From NCBI GenBank assembly GCA_963693115.1, contig OY843750.1, positions 252,680 through 316,679 on the forward strand: 64,000 nt of DNA, written 5' to 3'. Below are positions 36,288 to 49,933 of this stretch, piece after piece. This DNA comes from Spirochaetia bacterium (lineage in GTDB: Bacteria; Spirochaetota; Spirochaetia; WTKD01; G963693115). The notes under the pieces were generated by a model. That model saw nothing but the letters and a program-made list of their open reading frames with translations. It did no database searches and had not been told where the DNA came from. A program made the position numbers and the translations under genes. Each line of letters starts with the position of its first letter. Positions within the stretch are counted from its first letter, which is position 1.

Positions 36288-36589
36288 AGGAGGCGCGAGA
36301 GATCGGGGAAAGAGCCGAGTGGCGAGAATAAAAGGAGATGAAAAAATCATCATCCTCTTTTTACCCCGCAACTCCTTTTTATCCTTGCTCCTACAGCAGA
36401 TTTTTTCAGCTTGTCCATGATTGCAGGTCTGTCAGAGGCGCTAGACCTACATCTATAATCAAAACCCCGTTACGCTGTGAATTTATACACTATAAATCTC
36501 TACATCGTGAATCTCTCTACAGAGTATACGAGGTAAACTTATGGTACAATTTATATAAAGATAATTTAATTTTTGGAGGTATAATTACA

Positions 36590-37843
36590 ATGAAATTATT
36601 CAAATATCTTGCTGTACTCCTCATTGGAGTAACAGTACTTTCAAACCTTTGGGCAGCTGCAGGGAGCGAAGAATCGGGCAAACCCGTTATCATTGCTCAA
36701 AATAAAGTTGAAATTGACGCTCAACTCAAAGCATTCGCCAAAAAGTTTCAAGAAGACACAGGGATTGAAGTCATCGTAAAAACCTGTGGTGGCGATTCCT
36801 GTAGTCTCACAACACAGATGCGTGCAGACTTTAATGCAGGCGAAGCTCCCGACATCTTTATTATCGATGGACTCGAAGGCTACCAAACCTGGTCTGACTA
36901 CATAGATGACTTATCGGGCGAATCGTGGGTATCGCTTACCGATCTTTCCTTTAAAGTTGACGGAAAAGTAGTTGGATTTCCTGTCGCTATCGAAGGCTGG
37001 GGAATGGGATACAATAAAAATCTCCTAGATAAAGCAGGCATAGACCCTGCAAGCCTCACAAATTACACGGCTTATAAATCAGCCTTTGAAAAATTAGATA
37101 GCATGAAATCAGAACTCGGCATAGACAGTGTTGTATCTATGACAGCAGGATCAGGAATGTATTGGGTGACAGGACATCATAACGTTAACTCATACCTTTC
37201 TAATGGGCTTGATAGAGATGATCTCTCGGTTGTAAATGCTGCCGCATCAGGACAACTAGATGAAAAACGCTACAAAGAATACGCAGAATGGGTCAAACTT
37301 CTTTTTGATTATTCTGATCAGCGTGTACTCAGGGCTGGCGACTACGATGCACAAGTAAATGCATTTGCAAACCAAAAAGCAGTCTTTATCCATCAAGGCA
37401 ACTGGATAGAGCCAAACCTCAAGAATGCAGGAGCTGACTTTGCACGTGCCTATGCACCACACGGCTCATCATATAGTGACACAGACGGAATTTTTATATC
37501 ACCACCAGCCTGGTACGTTGTAAACAAAGAAGGAAATTCTGCTGGTGCAAAAAAATTCTTAGCGTATATGGCCGAAACCGAGGCAGGACATGACTATATG
37601 GTTAATCAAATTCTTGCAGTTCCTGCATTTAAAAACGTTAGCCTGAAACCTGAGGCACCTTTGTCTGTTTCGCTCGTTGAGTGGGCAAATCAAGGAAAGA
37701 CCTATGCATGGAATCAATACCTGCTACCTGGTGATTTTAGAGATAATGTACTCGGTCCTCTCTACGACCAATTTGCTAAAAAAGAAATAACTCTAGAAGA
37801 ATTTATCTCGCTCTCAAAAGAGGCCTATGCTGGACTTAGATAA
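36590..37843 (+). CDS. sugar ABC transporter substrate-binding protein
   Basis: Start chosen at MKLFKYLAVLLIGVTVLSNLWAAAG (GGAGG 9 nt upstream). The 84 codons upstream in the ORF track have no coding character. Confidence 0.8.
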   Translation: MKLFKYLAVLLIGVTVLSNLWAAAGSEESGKPVIIAQNKVEIDAQLKAFAKKFQEDTGIEVIVKTCGGDSCSLTTQMRADFNAGEAPDIFIIDGLEGYQTWSDYIDDLSGESWVSLTDLSFKVDGKVVGFPVAIEGWGMGYNKNLLDKAGIDPASLTNYTAYKSAFEKLDSMKSELGIDSVVSMTAGSGMYWVTGHHNVNSYLSNGLDRDDLSVVNAAASGQLDEKRYKEYAEWVKLLFDYSDQRVLRAGDYDAQVNAFANQKAVFIHQGNWIEPNLKNAGADFARAYAPHGSSYSDTDGIFISPPAWYVVNKEGNSAGAKKFLAYMAETEAGHDYMVNQILAVPAFKNVSLKPEAPLSVSLVEWANQGKTYAWNQYLLPGDFRDNVLGPLYDQFAKKEITLEEFISLSKEAYAGLR

Positions 37844-37876
37844 GCAGACGCATTATCCTAGTACCGTATAGTACAT

Positions 37877-37910
37877 AAAAAGCCGTAACACTCCTGTTAC
37901 GGCTTTTTTT
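37877..37910 (+). terminator. intrinsic terminator
   Basis: aaaa-agccgtaac-actcct-gttacggct-ttttttt. Confidence 0.85.
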
Positions 37911-38048
37911 ATATATCCTTTCCCATTATAATACTCCCAACACACCTTGATGATATAAAAAATCTTTCAGTATACAGCATACATGGGTCTGCAGACAGGG
38001 TAGAATCATTCACCCCAAAGGGGCAATCTGATATATTTATAGGTAGAG

Positions 38049-38975
38049 TTGACCGTGAAAAAAATTCAACTATCCGCTACCAATAAAACCTATAAGCACG
38101 ATGTTGGGTTTTGGTTATTCATTCTGCCGGCTCTCGTTGCGTTTCTTTTAGTGATGATTGTACCATTTGTACTGGGGGTTTATTTTTCGTTAACAGATTG
38201 GGATGGCATAAAAACAAGCGCCTTTGTAGGGTTTAAAAACTACGGTCAAATATTTACCAGAGATCCGCGATTTTTATACACAATTATCATTACCGTTGTC
38301 TATAGCGCCCTCAATATTATAGTTATGAATATTTGTGCGCTTTCATTGGCCTTGCTTGTTACCCAAAGACTCAAGTTACAGGATTTCTATCGTTCAATAT
38401 TTTTTCTTCCTAATCTCATTGGCGGACTTATACTAGGATACATATGGCAATTTATATTTAATCGTGCACTCCCCAGTATTATGGAATCGAGTGCGTTCCT
38501 CATGCTCGCCGATCGAGACCTCGCGCTGCTTGCACTGGTTATTGTAGGAAACTGGCAATACGCAGGCTATTTAATGGTTATATATATTACCGGTCTCCAA
38601 AATATACCGCGCTCACTTTTCGAAGCTGCAATGATTGACGGTGCAAATATATGGAATAAGTTTAAAAAAATTACACTCCCTATGATGGCACCTGCTTTTA
38701 CCATTACTACATTCTTGACTTTGCTCTACTCATTTAAGCAATATGATGTAAATTATTCGCTCACGTTTGGGGGGCCTTCTACGTTATTTAAAAATATTGC
38801 AATGAATGGAACCGAACTCATTTCTATGCATATTGTTACCGAGTCAAATAAAATTCTCAAAGGCGAAAGTCAAATGGCAATAGCCCAGTCAAAAGCGGTT
38901 GTGTTTTTTGCAGCCTTGTTATGTATCTCTCTTGCACAAGTATACTTTAACAAAAGGCGCGAAGTAGAAATATGA
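38049..38975 (+). CDS. sugar ABC transporter permease (MalF-like)
   Basis: 308 aa. EAA loop EAAMIDGANIWNKFKKITLP. The start is TTG 38049 or GTG 38055. Confidence 0.85.
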   Translation: MTVKKIQLSATNKTYKHDVGFWLFILPALVAFLLVMIVPFVLGVYFSLTDWDGIKTSAFVGFKNYGQIFTRDPRFLYTIIITVVYSALNIIVMNICALSLALLVTQRLKLQDFYRSIFFLPNLIGGLILGYIWQFIFNRALPSIMESSAFLMLADRDLALLALVIVGNWQYAGYLMVIYITGLQNIPRSLFEAAMIDGANIWNKFKKITLPMMAPAFTITTFLTLLYSFKQYDVNYSLTFGGPSTLFKNIAMNGTELISMHIVTESNKILKGESQMAIAQSKAVVFFAALLCISLAQVYFNKRREVEI

Positions 38976-39889
38976 AACCCACGACTTCTAGCTCTAAGCC
39001 CATGCTCACGCTTCCTCAAAACGACATATCACTGACAAGGAGACGAGCCAAAATGGTATGGCTTGAGATAGTAGTCGCTCTTTTATGCGTTATCGTATTT
39101 CTTCCTCTCGTTTTAGTAGTTATTAACGCCGCAAAAAACCCTTTTGAGGTTACAAATCAGCCTCTTGCACTACCAGAACGGTGGATTACCTTATTTGAAA
39201 ATATTAAAACAATATGGACAAGTGAAAATATACAGTATAGGCAATCTGTTATATCATCGATAATAATCACAACGCTTTCGTTGATAGTCATTACAATAAC
39301 ATCTTCAATGGCGGCTTGGGCACTCGTGCGCACCAAAACCAAACTTTCTCTCATCTTGTTCATGATCTTTGTTGGAGCAATGGTAATCCCATTTCAAGTA
39401 GTAATGCTCCCGCTCATATCGTGGTTTAGAATTCTTGGCAATTTCACTGGCATTAAGATGCTACGCTCGTACACTGGTATTATTTTTGCTTATGCTGGAT
39501 TTGGCGCACCCTTATCTATCTTCCTTTTTCATGGCTTTATTAAAGCCATTCCCATAGAAATAGAAGACGCCGCTCGTGTCGATGGCTGTAATAGGCTTCA
39601 GACTTTCTTTCACATTGTCAGCCCATTACTCAAGCCAGTATACATTACGGTAATTATACTCAATGGTATATGGATATGGAATGATTTTCTCCTCCCCGTC
39701 TTAGTACTCGGAAAAGGAAACTCCATCCAAACTATACCGCTCGCTGTCGCTAATTTTGTGGGCGCCTTTGTTAAAGAATGGGGACTCATCCTTACTGCCG
39801 CATTGATGTCCATCATACCAATCATCATTCTCTTTATCTTTGCACAAAAATACATTATTCGTGGCATGGTAGAGGGATCAATTAAATAA
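38972..39889 (+). CDS. sugar ABC transporter permease (MalG-like)
   Basis: 305 aa. 4-nt overlap with the upstream gene. EAA loop EDAARVDGCNRLQTFFHIVSP. Confidence 0.85.
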   Translation: MKPTTSSSKPMLTLPQNDISLTRRRAKMVWLEIVVALLCVIVFLPLVLVVINAAKNPFEVTNQPLALPERWITLFENIKTIWTSENIQYRQSVISSIIITTLSLIVITITSSMAAWALVRTKTKLSLILFMIFVGAMVIPFQVVMLPLISWFRILGNFTGIKMLRSYTGIIFAYAGFGAPLSIFLFHGFIKAIPIEIEDAARVDGCNRLQTFFHIVSPLLKPVYITVIILNGIWIWNDFLLPVLVLGKGNSIQTIPLAVANFVGAFVKEWGLILTAALMSIIPIIILFIFAQKYIIRGMVEGSIK

Positions 39890-39993
39890 GATTACAGCAA
39901 GCTACACTACGCTACTAATAATGACACCAATGAAAGGCGATATACCGCAACAAACTGTAGTGTCACAAGCCATTCTTTTCATACTCAAGACTG

Positions 39994-40040
39994 TGCTTAC
40001 CTGAATAAAAAAATACCCACCGATAACGAATGTATCGATG
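39994..40040. terminator. bidirectional intrinsic terminator
   Basis: aaaaaaa-atacccaccgata-acgaatg-tatcgatgggtat-tatttt (13-bp stem, one mismatch), between convergent genes. Confidence 0.75.
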
Positions 40041-40124
40041 GGTATTATTTTACAGTACTACGATGTTAAGATCTACCTTTTGCTTGAAAGGATACTCACC
40101 CTATACCTGCAAAAAAGCATTGAC

Positions 40125-42581
40125 CTAATCATTCGCCGTCCGAGTTTTATACCATTCAGGGGGAACATCGTCGCATGATCCATGATTGTCGCCTGCCAGA
40201 TTAAACATCTCAGTTATAATGGTAGCTTGCTCTACCTCCCATGACTCAAGACTTTGACAAAACTCTTTCGCTTCAAAGAACATCTTAAACATGTTCGCTA
40301 CCTTTTTTACATCCCAATCATCGATAGGCTTGTTGAATACCTTCGCAAAAGCAAACATTTCGTACATATCGTCCACCTCACTCACAGTCCAGCCCCCGAT
40401 AGGTTGATCAAATAGATTGGCACCACGGAACATCCTCCTCATTGTAGTCACACTGCTTACATCCCAATCGCCGATGGGCTGGTTGAATGCATCCGCATTA
40501 TTGAACATATTGTTCATTGACTCCACACTGCTTACATCCCAAACACTAATGTCTTGGCTAAATGCTAGCGCATTCTGAAACATACTGTTCATACTAGTCA
40601 CCTTGCTCACATCCCATTGGGTAATGTCTCCGTTAAAGTTTTCTTTATCCTTAAATAAATTATTCATAATCTTGACATTACAGGTTTTTAGGTAATTAAG
40701 ATCTGGTGTAGGGTTGTCGTCTGTTATCACAGCGTCTATTTTTCTCTCAAGTTCTGTTCCGTCCTCCATTACGTTTGAATGAGCGGTGTGGACAAAGCAT
40801 ACTCTTGTTCCATCTGCTTTTTTCCATTCGGGAACCTCTACTACCGCTGCATTAGCAAACATAAACGCAGTATTTACTGTCAATGGTACATGATCGCCCC
40901 AGTCTGTGAGATCTTGGCTGAACGCCTCCGCATTAAAAAACATATAGCCCATATCTTCTACACTGTTCACATTCCATCCACTGATGTCTTGATCAAATCC
41001 CTTCGTATTCCAGAACATACCATACATATCTTTCACATTGCTCACATCCCAGCTACTGATGTCTTGGGTAAATACCTCCGCAGCATGGAACATAGATTTC
41101 ATAGTTTCCACATTGCTCACATCCCACTGGGTGATATCACCATTAAATTCTGTTTTGTCCCTAAACACCTCAACCATACTCTTGACATTACAGGTTTCTA
41201 TGTGATTGAGGTCGGCATTCGAATCGTTTGTTATATAGTAGGGTTCAATTGTAGTTTTTAGTTCAGCTATGTTTTCCATCACAAATTTGTGTGCAGTAGG
41301 GGCAAAACACACGCCCGCTTCTTTCCAGTCGGGTACTGTCGCCACCTTGGGGGCATTAGCAAACATAGACGCCGTACCTACCGTAGATTGTACATGTTCG
41401 CCCCATGCGGTGAGGTCTTGTTCAAATGCCTCTGCATCCTCAAACATGCTCTCCATAGTGATCACCGCTCCTACATCCCAGCTACTGATGTCTTGGGTAA
41501 ATGCTGTTGCACCTTTAAACATATTCGCCATTGTAGTCACTTTACTCACGTCCCAATTACTGATATCTTGTTCAAATGCTTTTGCACCTTCAAACATACT
41601 CTCCATAGTAGTCACCGCTCTTACATCCCAGCTACCGATGTCTTGGGTAAATGCTGTTGCACCTTCAAACATATTCGCCATTGTAGTCACCGCTCCTACA
41701 TCCCAGCTACTGATGTCTTGGGTAAATGCTGTTGCACCTTCAAACATATTCGCCATTGTAGTTACTTTACTCACGTCCCACTGGCTTATATCACCATTAA
41801 AAGTAGCTTTACCACTAAATAATCCGCTCATGTCTTTGACATTACAGGTTTCTATATTGTTGATGTTGCCATTTGCTATCAGTTCGTCTATTTTTGTCTT
41901 AAGTTCTGCTCCGTCCTCCATCACTGTAGCATGAGCGCTATGGTCAAAGCAGATCTTTGTCCCGTCTGTTTTTTTCCAGTTGGGTACCTTTGTCACCTTG
42001 CTTGCTCCAGCAAACATTGACGCTGTATTTACCGTCAATTGTACGTGTTCGCCCCAGTCGGTGAGGTCTGCTTCAAATGCTTCTGCACCTTCAAACATAC
42101 TCTCCATAGTAGTCACCGCTCCTACATCCCAGCCACTGATGTCTTGGGTAAATGCTGTTGCACCCTTAAACATGGCACTCATAGTAGTCACTTTACTCAC
42201 GTTCCAGCAGTGTATTGCACCGTCAAACGTCGCTCCTTCTTCAGTTTCAAATAGACTTGACATATCGGTGATACCTGAGGTATCAATATAGTTAAGGTTG
42301 ACATTAGCTCCTTGGGCTTCAATATCTCTTTGTATGAGTTGCCCTAGCTCTGCTGTATCTTTTGGCACGTGCTGTTTGCTTGCTTCTATATTGTCGCAAT
42401 TGTCACCCGCATTATAGTAAGTAACAGTGCCACCACCACCACCACCAGTGCCAGTGCCACCAGTATCAGATCCGCCAGAACTTCCGTCATCCGGATCACA
42501 CGAGACCATAATTCCTACTAGCACAAGACTCACTATACCTGCGCAGAACCAAAATATTACACGATTTATACGTTTGTTCAT
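40125..42581 (-). CDS. DUF285 / BspA-type repeat surface lipoprotein
   Basis: Start at ATG 42581 (GGAGGGG upstream). Signal MNKRINRVIFWFCAGIVSLVLVGIMVSC, a G/S/T linker, then >20 repeats of the ~25-aa unit F-x-GA-x-AF-x-QDIS-x-WDVS-x-VT-x-M-x-x-MF. Confidence 0.85.
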   Translation of the reverse strand: MNKRINRVIFWFCAGIVSLVLVGIMVSCDPDDGSSGGSDTGGTGTGGGGGGTVTYYNAGDNCDNIEASKQHVPKDTAELGQLIQRDIEAQGANVNLNYIDTSGITDMSSLFETEEGATFDGAIHCWNVSKVTTMSAMFKGATAFTQDISGWDVGAVTTMESMFEGAEAFEADLTDWGEHVQLTVNTASMFAGASKVTKVPNWKKTDGTKICFDHSAHATVMEDGAELKTKIDELIANGNINNIETCNVKDMSGLFSGKATFNGDISQWDVSKVTTMANMFEGATAFTQDISSWDVGAVTTMANMFEGATAFTQDIGSWDVRAVTTMESMFEGAKAFEQDISNWDVSKVTTMANMFKGATAFTQDISSWDVGAVITMESMFEDAEAFEQDLTAWGEHVQSTVGTASMFANAPKVATVPDWKEAGVCFAPTAHKFVMENIAELKTTIEPYYITNDSNADLNHIETCNVKSMVEVFRDKTEFNGDITQWDVSNVETMKSMFHAAEVFTQDISSWDVSNVKDMYGMFWNTKGFDQDISGWNVNSVEDMGYMFFNAEAFSQDLTDWGDHVPLTVNTAFMFANAAVVEVPEWKKADGTRVCFVHTAHSNVMEDGTELERKIDAVITDDNPTPDLNYLKTCNVKIMNNLFKDKENFNGDITQWDVSKVTSMNSMFQNALAFSQDISVWDVSSVESMNNMFNNADAFNQPIGDWDVSSVTTMRRMFRGANLFDQPIGGWTVSEVDDMYEMFAFAKVFNKPIDDWDVKKVANMFKMFFEAKEFCQSLESWEVEQATIITEMFNLAGDNHGSCDDVPPEWYKTRTAND

Positions 42582-42854
42582 ATACCCCTCCAAGGTATTT
42601 ATAGTATTATAAGCATATTACAATGCTCACGTTGAGACAATTATAGCATATTTTAATAATTCGTATTTAAGAAAATTATATATATTTTTACTAATACTGT
42701 GTAAATTTCTATAACTCAATACTGTTTTTGCATGTAATAAGTGATATAAACGACGTTTTGGGAAAGAATATAGGAGATATAATTTTTCAATAAAAAAAAC
42801 CTCATAAATAGCCTTCTGAGAAAATGTTTTCGACTCCCTCTATAATGCATCCAT

Positions 42855-42888
42855 TACAAAAAAAGCGGGTTTCGAAAAACCCGCTTTA
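42855..42888 (-). terminator. intrinsic terminator downstream of the 23S rRNA
   Basis: Minus strand: aaagcgggttt-ttcg-aaacccgcttt followed by T7. It lies ~165 nt after the 23S 3' end. Confidence 0.85.
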
Positions 42889-43047
42889 ACCAACTATAAA
42901 TACACAGACATCAGAACACATCACGTTTTATATGGCAGTGGTATTAATACACACACCCTACAAAACCACAATACGGATAAATTCTACGCAATGCCATATA
43001 CAATGACACTACACAGAAATTTGATAATACGCTTTATAATGCAATTA

Positions 43048-46023
<2,976 letters not shown>

Positions 46024-46323
46024 GTAGATTGCATTACAAAGAGTATTTGCAGTTATACTGCCATGTTTTTGGCGTATTCTGCGCTCGTATTGTTTTGTTG
46101 CCTAATGTCCTTCTCTAGTTGGTATAGCACCCAAAAATTTACTAATCACTTACATAAACATCATAAACACAAAGACTTTAGCCTACATGCAGTACATAGT
46201 ATGAAAGTGAATCTTTTTGAGTGACCATTTATAATAGTGTCATAATCATAATTTTTTGTCAAGGGGTATTAGTAATTTTTTATAATTTTTTTTAAGAAAT
46301 ATACCGAGGCATGCCCTACCAGC

Positions 46324-47322
46324 TTATGATCCAATAGATTTACCAATAATTTTACGTAAAAAAGCAAATGGCGCACGAACAAGTTTGCGTATACTCACCC
46401 TTCGTCTAAAATATTTCCATAGCTTTACCAGAAAGAATGAGGAATTATTCACCCTCACCCACGACCAATGGCAAAGATGAACGCCAAAGGTTTCATACAT
46501 GAGATACTTAGCCATTGTATCTATATATGTCTTCGAATACTGTATTAATATTGCACCAGGAAGTGGAGAAAAAAACGGTTTCGGAAGAGCTAAGATTTTT
46601 TGGTTTTGGTGTTGCGGGTTCGCTATATATTGAAAAATGACACTTCCAAATTTGACGGGGCCGGTTGTCTTAAATACATCATCTGGTCTTTTGACCTCTC
46701 GTGGAATTTGTATAGTCCGTAATAACTCTTCTGTTATGGGATGTGCTGGCATACTGGCAAGAAAAGCATTCCCCACCTTCTTTGGGTCTTTGCCATCATT
46801 CACCGTTACCACAAAATCAGCATTAACGATAATAGGGTCAATAGGTCGTATACACACAATATCGCAGTCTATATACACCCCACCACAGGTATTGAGTATC
46901 TGATATCTAAGGACATCACTTATAATCCCGTAGTTTTTTGTCAGTTTGATTTGCTTTCGCAAAGTCGGTTCTACAAGATCATATGCTTCTTCTCCCCAAA
47001 GCGTATACTGCCAATCGGGATGTTTTTCTTTCCACGCGTGGCAAAATTCTTTGTATACTCTTGGCATTTCTTTTCCTAGCCATATCTGGTGTATGTGTTT
47101 GGGAATCAATGTTGTATGTGATGAAGAAGCGGTGGAAGAAATGGAATTATCGGAAACATTAGCCTTCTCACGACACCACCTCGTAAAATTACGTTCTAAC
47201 ACCTGCCATTTTTGTTCAGAAAAATCAACTCCATCAAAATCGCCATTGTGATTGAGTAATTCAAAAAAATTTCTTACTCTGCTCTTATCAAAGTGATCGG
47301 GATTAAAATAAGACTCGTACAT
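46324..47322 (-). CDS. GT32-like glycosyltransferase (sugar-binding region with DXD motif), paralogue 1
   Basis: 332 aa. IPKHIHQIWLG, SDVLRYQILNTCGGVYIDCD (DXD = DCD), HLCHWSW. Basic amphipathic C-terminal tail. Confidence 0.75.
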   Translation of the reverse strand: MYESYFNPDHFDKSRVRNFFELLNHNGDFDGVDFSEQKWQVLERNFTRWCREKANVSDNSISSTASSSHTTLIPKHIHQIWLGKEMPRVYKEFCHAWKEKHPDWQYTLWGEEAYDLVEPTLRKQIKLTKNYGIISDVLRYQILNTCGGVYIDCDIVCIRPIDPIIVNADFVVTVNDGKDPKKVGNAFLASMPAHPITEELLRTIQIPREVKRPDDVFKTTGPVKFGSVIFQYIANPQHQNQKILALPKPFFSPLPGAILIQYSKTYIDTMAKYLMYETFGVHLCHWSWVRVNNSSFFLVKLWKYFRRRVSIRKLVRAPFAFLRKIIGKSIGS

Positions 47323-47431
47323 ACAGCTTTATGGTACTATATTATCTTTTCTGTCTTGGTTATTGTGTCTTTAAAAAAGGTCGTCAGTTATCAATACAAT
47401 CAATCTTTGACATGCTTTGTAGCGTAGCTGA

Positions 47432-48406
47432 TTACGAAACCCATCGTTTCCATTGTCGCCCAAACCATCGCATTATTCTTACACTCACCCCCCACGGATC
47501 TTTTATAAATCCGCGCATACCGACATTTTTCATAAATTTTTTCGTTGCTCCTAAAAATCCACGGTTTTCTGTATCCAGCCATGACATATCCCATAGATGC
47601 ACGGCAACACTCTCAGGGGTGATATACGATGCCAGCGAACGTAAAAACTTATTCCTATCCCCATGCGGATCACGATGCGAATTTGGAAGCGGTGTCAAAA
47701 ACTGTGAGGGAAGCCCAATATTTCTTGCATCGCTATACTGTGCTTGGGAGCTAATCGCAAAAAAGACTTCTGTTAGCTTTCTCGGTCCAGTGGTATTGAG
47801 CACAGTGTACAAGTCATCTATTGCTAGAGGAATATCAAGATTTTGAGTAAGATACTGAAAATTGGATGTTTGGGATGCTCGCAATAAAACTAGTTAATAC
47901 CTCGGCTTTAGGAGAATGCGTGGTGAGACTTGTCAGAAAATCTGCCCCAACAAGCAAGGAGTCAAGTTGACGTACACATACAAAATCACAGTCTATGTAG
48001 ACCCCACCATAATCATGCAAAATTTGATACCGAAGTACATCGGATGCTATTCCTAAGTTCTTGTTGTGAGAGAGGCGTACTTGAGTTTCTTTGGGAAGAA
48101 GACGATAGGCCTCATTGCCCCAAAGTGTGTATTGCCAGTCTGGATGTCGTATATTCCATTCATGACACATAGTTTGATATTCTTTTGGAATACGCCCCCC
48201 ACCCATATTTGATGTATATGTTTAGGAATAGTTATATCAGACCTTGTACCTACGTGTACGTGTCGCCATCGTTCAAAATTTCTCTCTAGCAATTTCCAGG
48301 AACTTGTAGAAAAGTCGGAATTATCAAAATGCCCCGACGATTGTATCATATCAAAAAAAGAAGGAATTTTTGCTTTGTCAAGTGGAGTAGGATTAAATAG
48401 CGACAT
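47432..48406 (-). pseudogene. GT32-like glycosyltransferase, paralogue 2, disrupted by at least two frameshifts
   Basis: Three overlapping ORF fragments (48406-48053, 48206-47835, 47884-47432) together align colinearly with the flanking paralogues: IPKHIHQIW | GGGRIPKEY...GGVYIDCD...FIAS | ASQTSNF...HLWDMSW. Confidence 0.8.
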
Positions 48407-48654
48407 TACCTGTCTCTCTATAACGCTGAATCAGTGAAGGAGGAATGGGTCAAACGCGGGTGCTGAGTCAATAAAAGCACATGCCATGCGACTCGTACGT
48501 GTACTATAATGATCACTTTTATATTGTACTCCAAAAACGGGGCGTGGCAGTAGTTTTTTCGCGTGATATGTACCCAAAAACGCCATTGCAAGATACCTTC
48601 TTACAAGAACAGGGTAGATACAAAAGATATGCTACTCGTTTCATGTTTTCAATT

Positions 48655-49629
48655 TCATATTTTTAGTAGGGTGCGGAGCACTCGTTTACCTGCATTCCAT
48701 GGAGCGCATATTACCCTACGCATACTCACGGTACGTCGAAACCGTCGCCATAGTCTCGTGACAAGATTTTTTTCAGAATCCACCCATGACATATCCCATA
48801 GGTGTATGGCAAAAGTATCTTTCGTAACATAGCTGTGTAGATTACGCGTAGAAACCGTCCTTATTTCTGTATTTGATATTGGAAAAAAAAACTGTACCGG
48901 AAGCACGACGTTTCGCAATGCGCGATATTTGGCTTGTGTTGCTATGTAAAAAAAAGATTCTGTGAGTTTCTTTGGACCCGTACTCTCAAACACAGAAAAA
49001 ACACTCTCTATTTTTTGGGGAATATGTATATTATTTAGTATGTGTGCGAGAATAGGGTGCTGTGGCTGGGATGCAATCAAACTATTAAGCACACCGCCTT
49101 CTTTGGCCAAATCTGACGAAAGTAGCAAATCAACTTCACCGATAAGCTCTCCGAAATTTCGTATACACCAAAAATCACAATCTGCATATATCCCACCATA
49201 GCTAAGCAATATATGATATCGTAGTATGTCTGAGGCTAGACCATAGTTTTTTATACTTGTAAGGTTCTTACGCATGCGCGAATCTAGTAAATCATAAGCC
49301 TCATTTCCCCAAAGGGTATACGTCCATCCGGGGTGTTGCTCTTGCCAGCTTTTACACATACCATAAAATCTCTTTGGAAGCTTTTTTCCAAGCCATATCT
49401 GATGTATATGCCTTGGTATTGTGCTTGGTACTGATTTCGTGGAATTTCTCCACTTTTCAAATCCCTGCGAAATACATTTCCATCGCTTTGTCGAAAAATC
49501 CACACCTACAAACGAGGTTGACTGTCTTTGAAACTCAAAAAAAGACATGAGATGCTTTCGCTCTTTACTCCCATAAGACTGAACAGCCCTGTTCGTGTTT
49601 TGCAATAATAGCGAATGTGGTGCTTTCAT
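48655..49629 (-). CDS. GT32-like glycosyltransferase (DXD motif), paralogue 3
   Basis: 324 aa. IPRHIHQIWLG, SDILRYHILLSYGGIYADCD, HLWDMSW. Confidence 0.75.
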   Translation of the reverse strand: MKAPHSLLLQNTNRAVQSYGSKERKHLMSFFEFQRQSTSFVGVDFSTKRWKCISQGFEKWRNSTKSVPSTIPRHIHQIWLGKKLPKRFYGMCKSWQEQHPGWTYTLWGNEAYDLLDSRMRKNLTSIKNYGLASDILRYHILLSYGGIYADCDFWCIRNFGELIGEVDLLLSSDLAKEGGVLNSLIASQPQHPILAHILNNIHIPQKIESVFSVFESTGPKKLTESFFYIATQAKYRALRNVVLPVQFFFPISNTEIRTVSTRNLHSYVTKDTFAIHLWDMSWVDSEKNLVTRLWRRFRRTVSMRRVICAPWNAGKRVLRTLLKI

Positions 49630-49933
49630 TTTTTATGATGGTACGAGCATAGAAAAGATCTTCTACTGTCAAAAGAAACAATATTCACAAACGTAAAGAC
49701 AATCATTCTATGCACGTTTACTTGTACAAAGACACTGTTCTTTTTGTATGTATACAACTTATTATAGCGTATGTTTGATACACTATAAATTGACATGCTC
49801 TTCGTTATAAAAGACATACAAAAAACCAAAACCATTCCATCAAGTCATGACATATAATGTGGTGATAGCGTGCCATGTAAAACTAGTATGGACTATATTT
49901 CCAATATAAAAACCACGACATGAACAGCACCGC

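Noticed and set aside
36087-36589. A minus-strand K/S-rich ORF (36087-36371), and the 84-codon N-terminal extension of the binding-protein ORF (36338-36589)
   Set aside because: The first is generated by the 12-bp repeat and overlaps a real gene end. The second precedes a clear GGAGG-ATG signal-peptide start at 36590 and has no coding-like composition.
41269-42291. + strand ORFs of 71-221 aa with their own internal repeats
   Set aside because: They are antisense images of the DUF285 repeats. The repeat periodicity simply mirrors the real gene on the minus strand.
46257-46262. TTGACA hexamer ~235 nt upstream of the 23S 5' end, considered as the rrl promoter
   Set aside because: There is no acceptable -10 hexamer at 16-18 nt spacing: the best is cactat at N17, and tataaa lies at N23. 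It was left unannotated pending 5'-end data.
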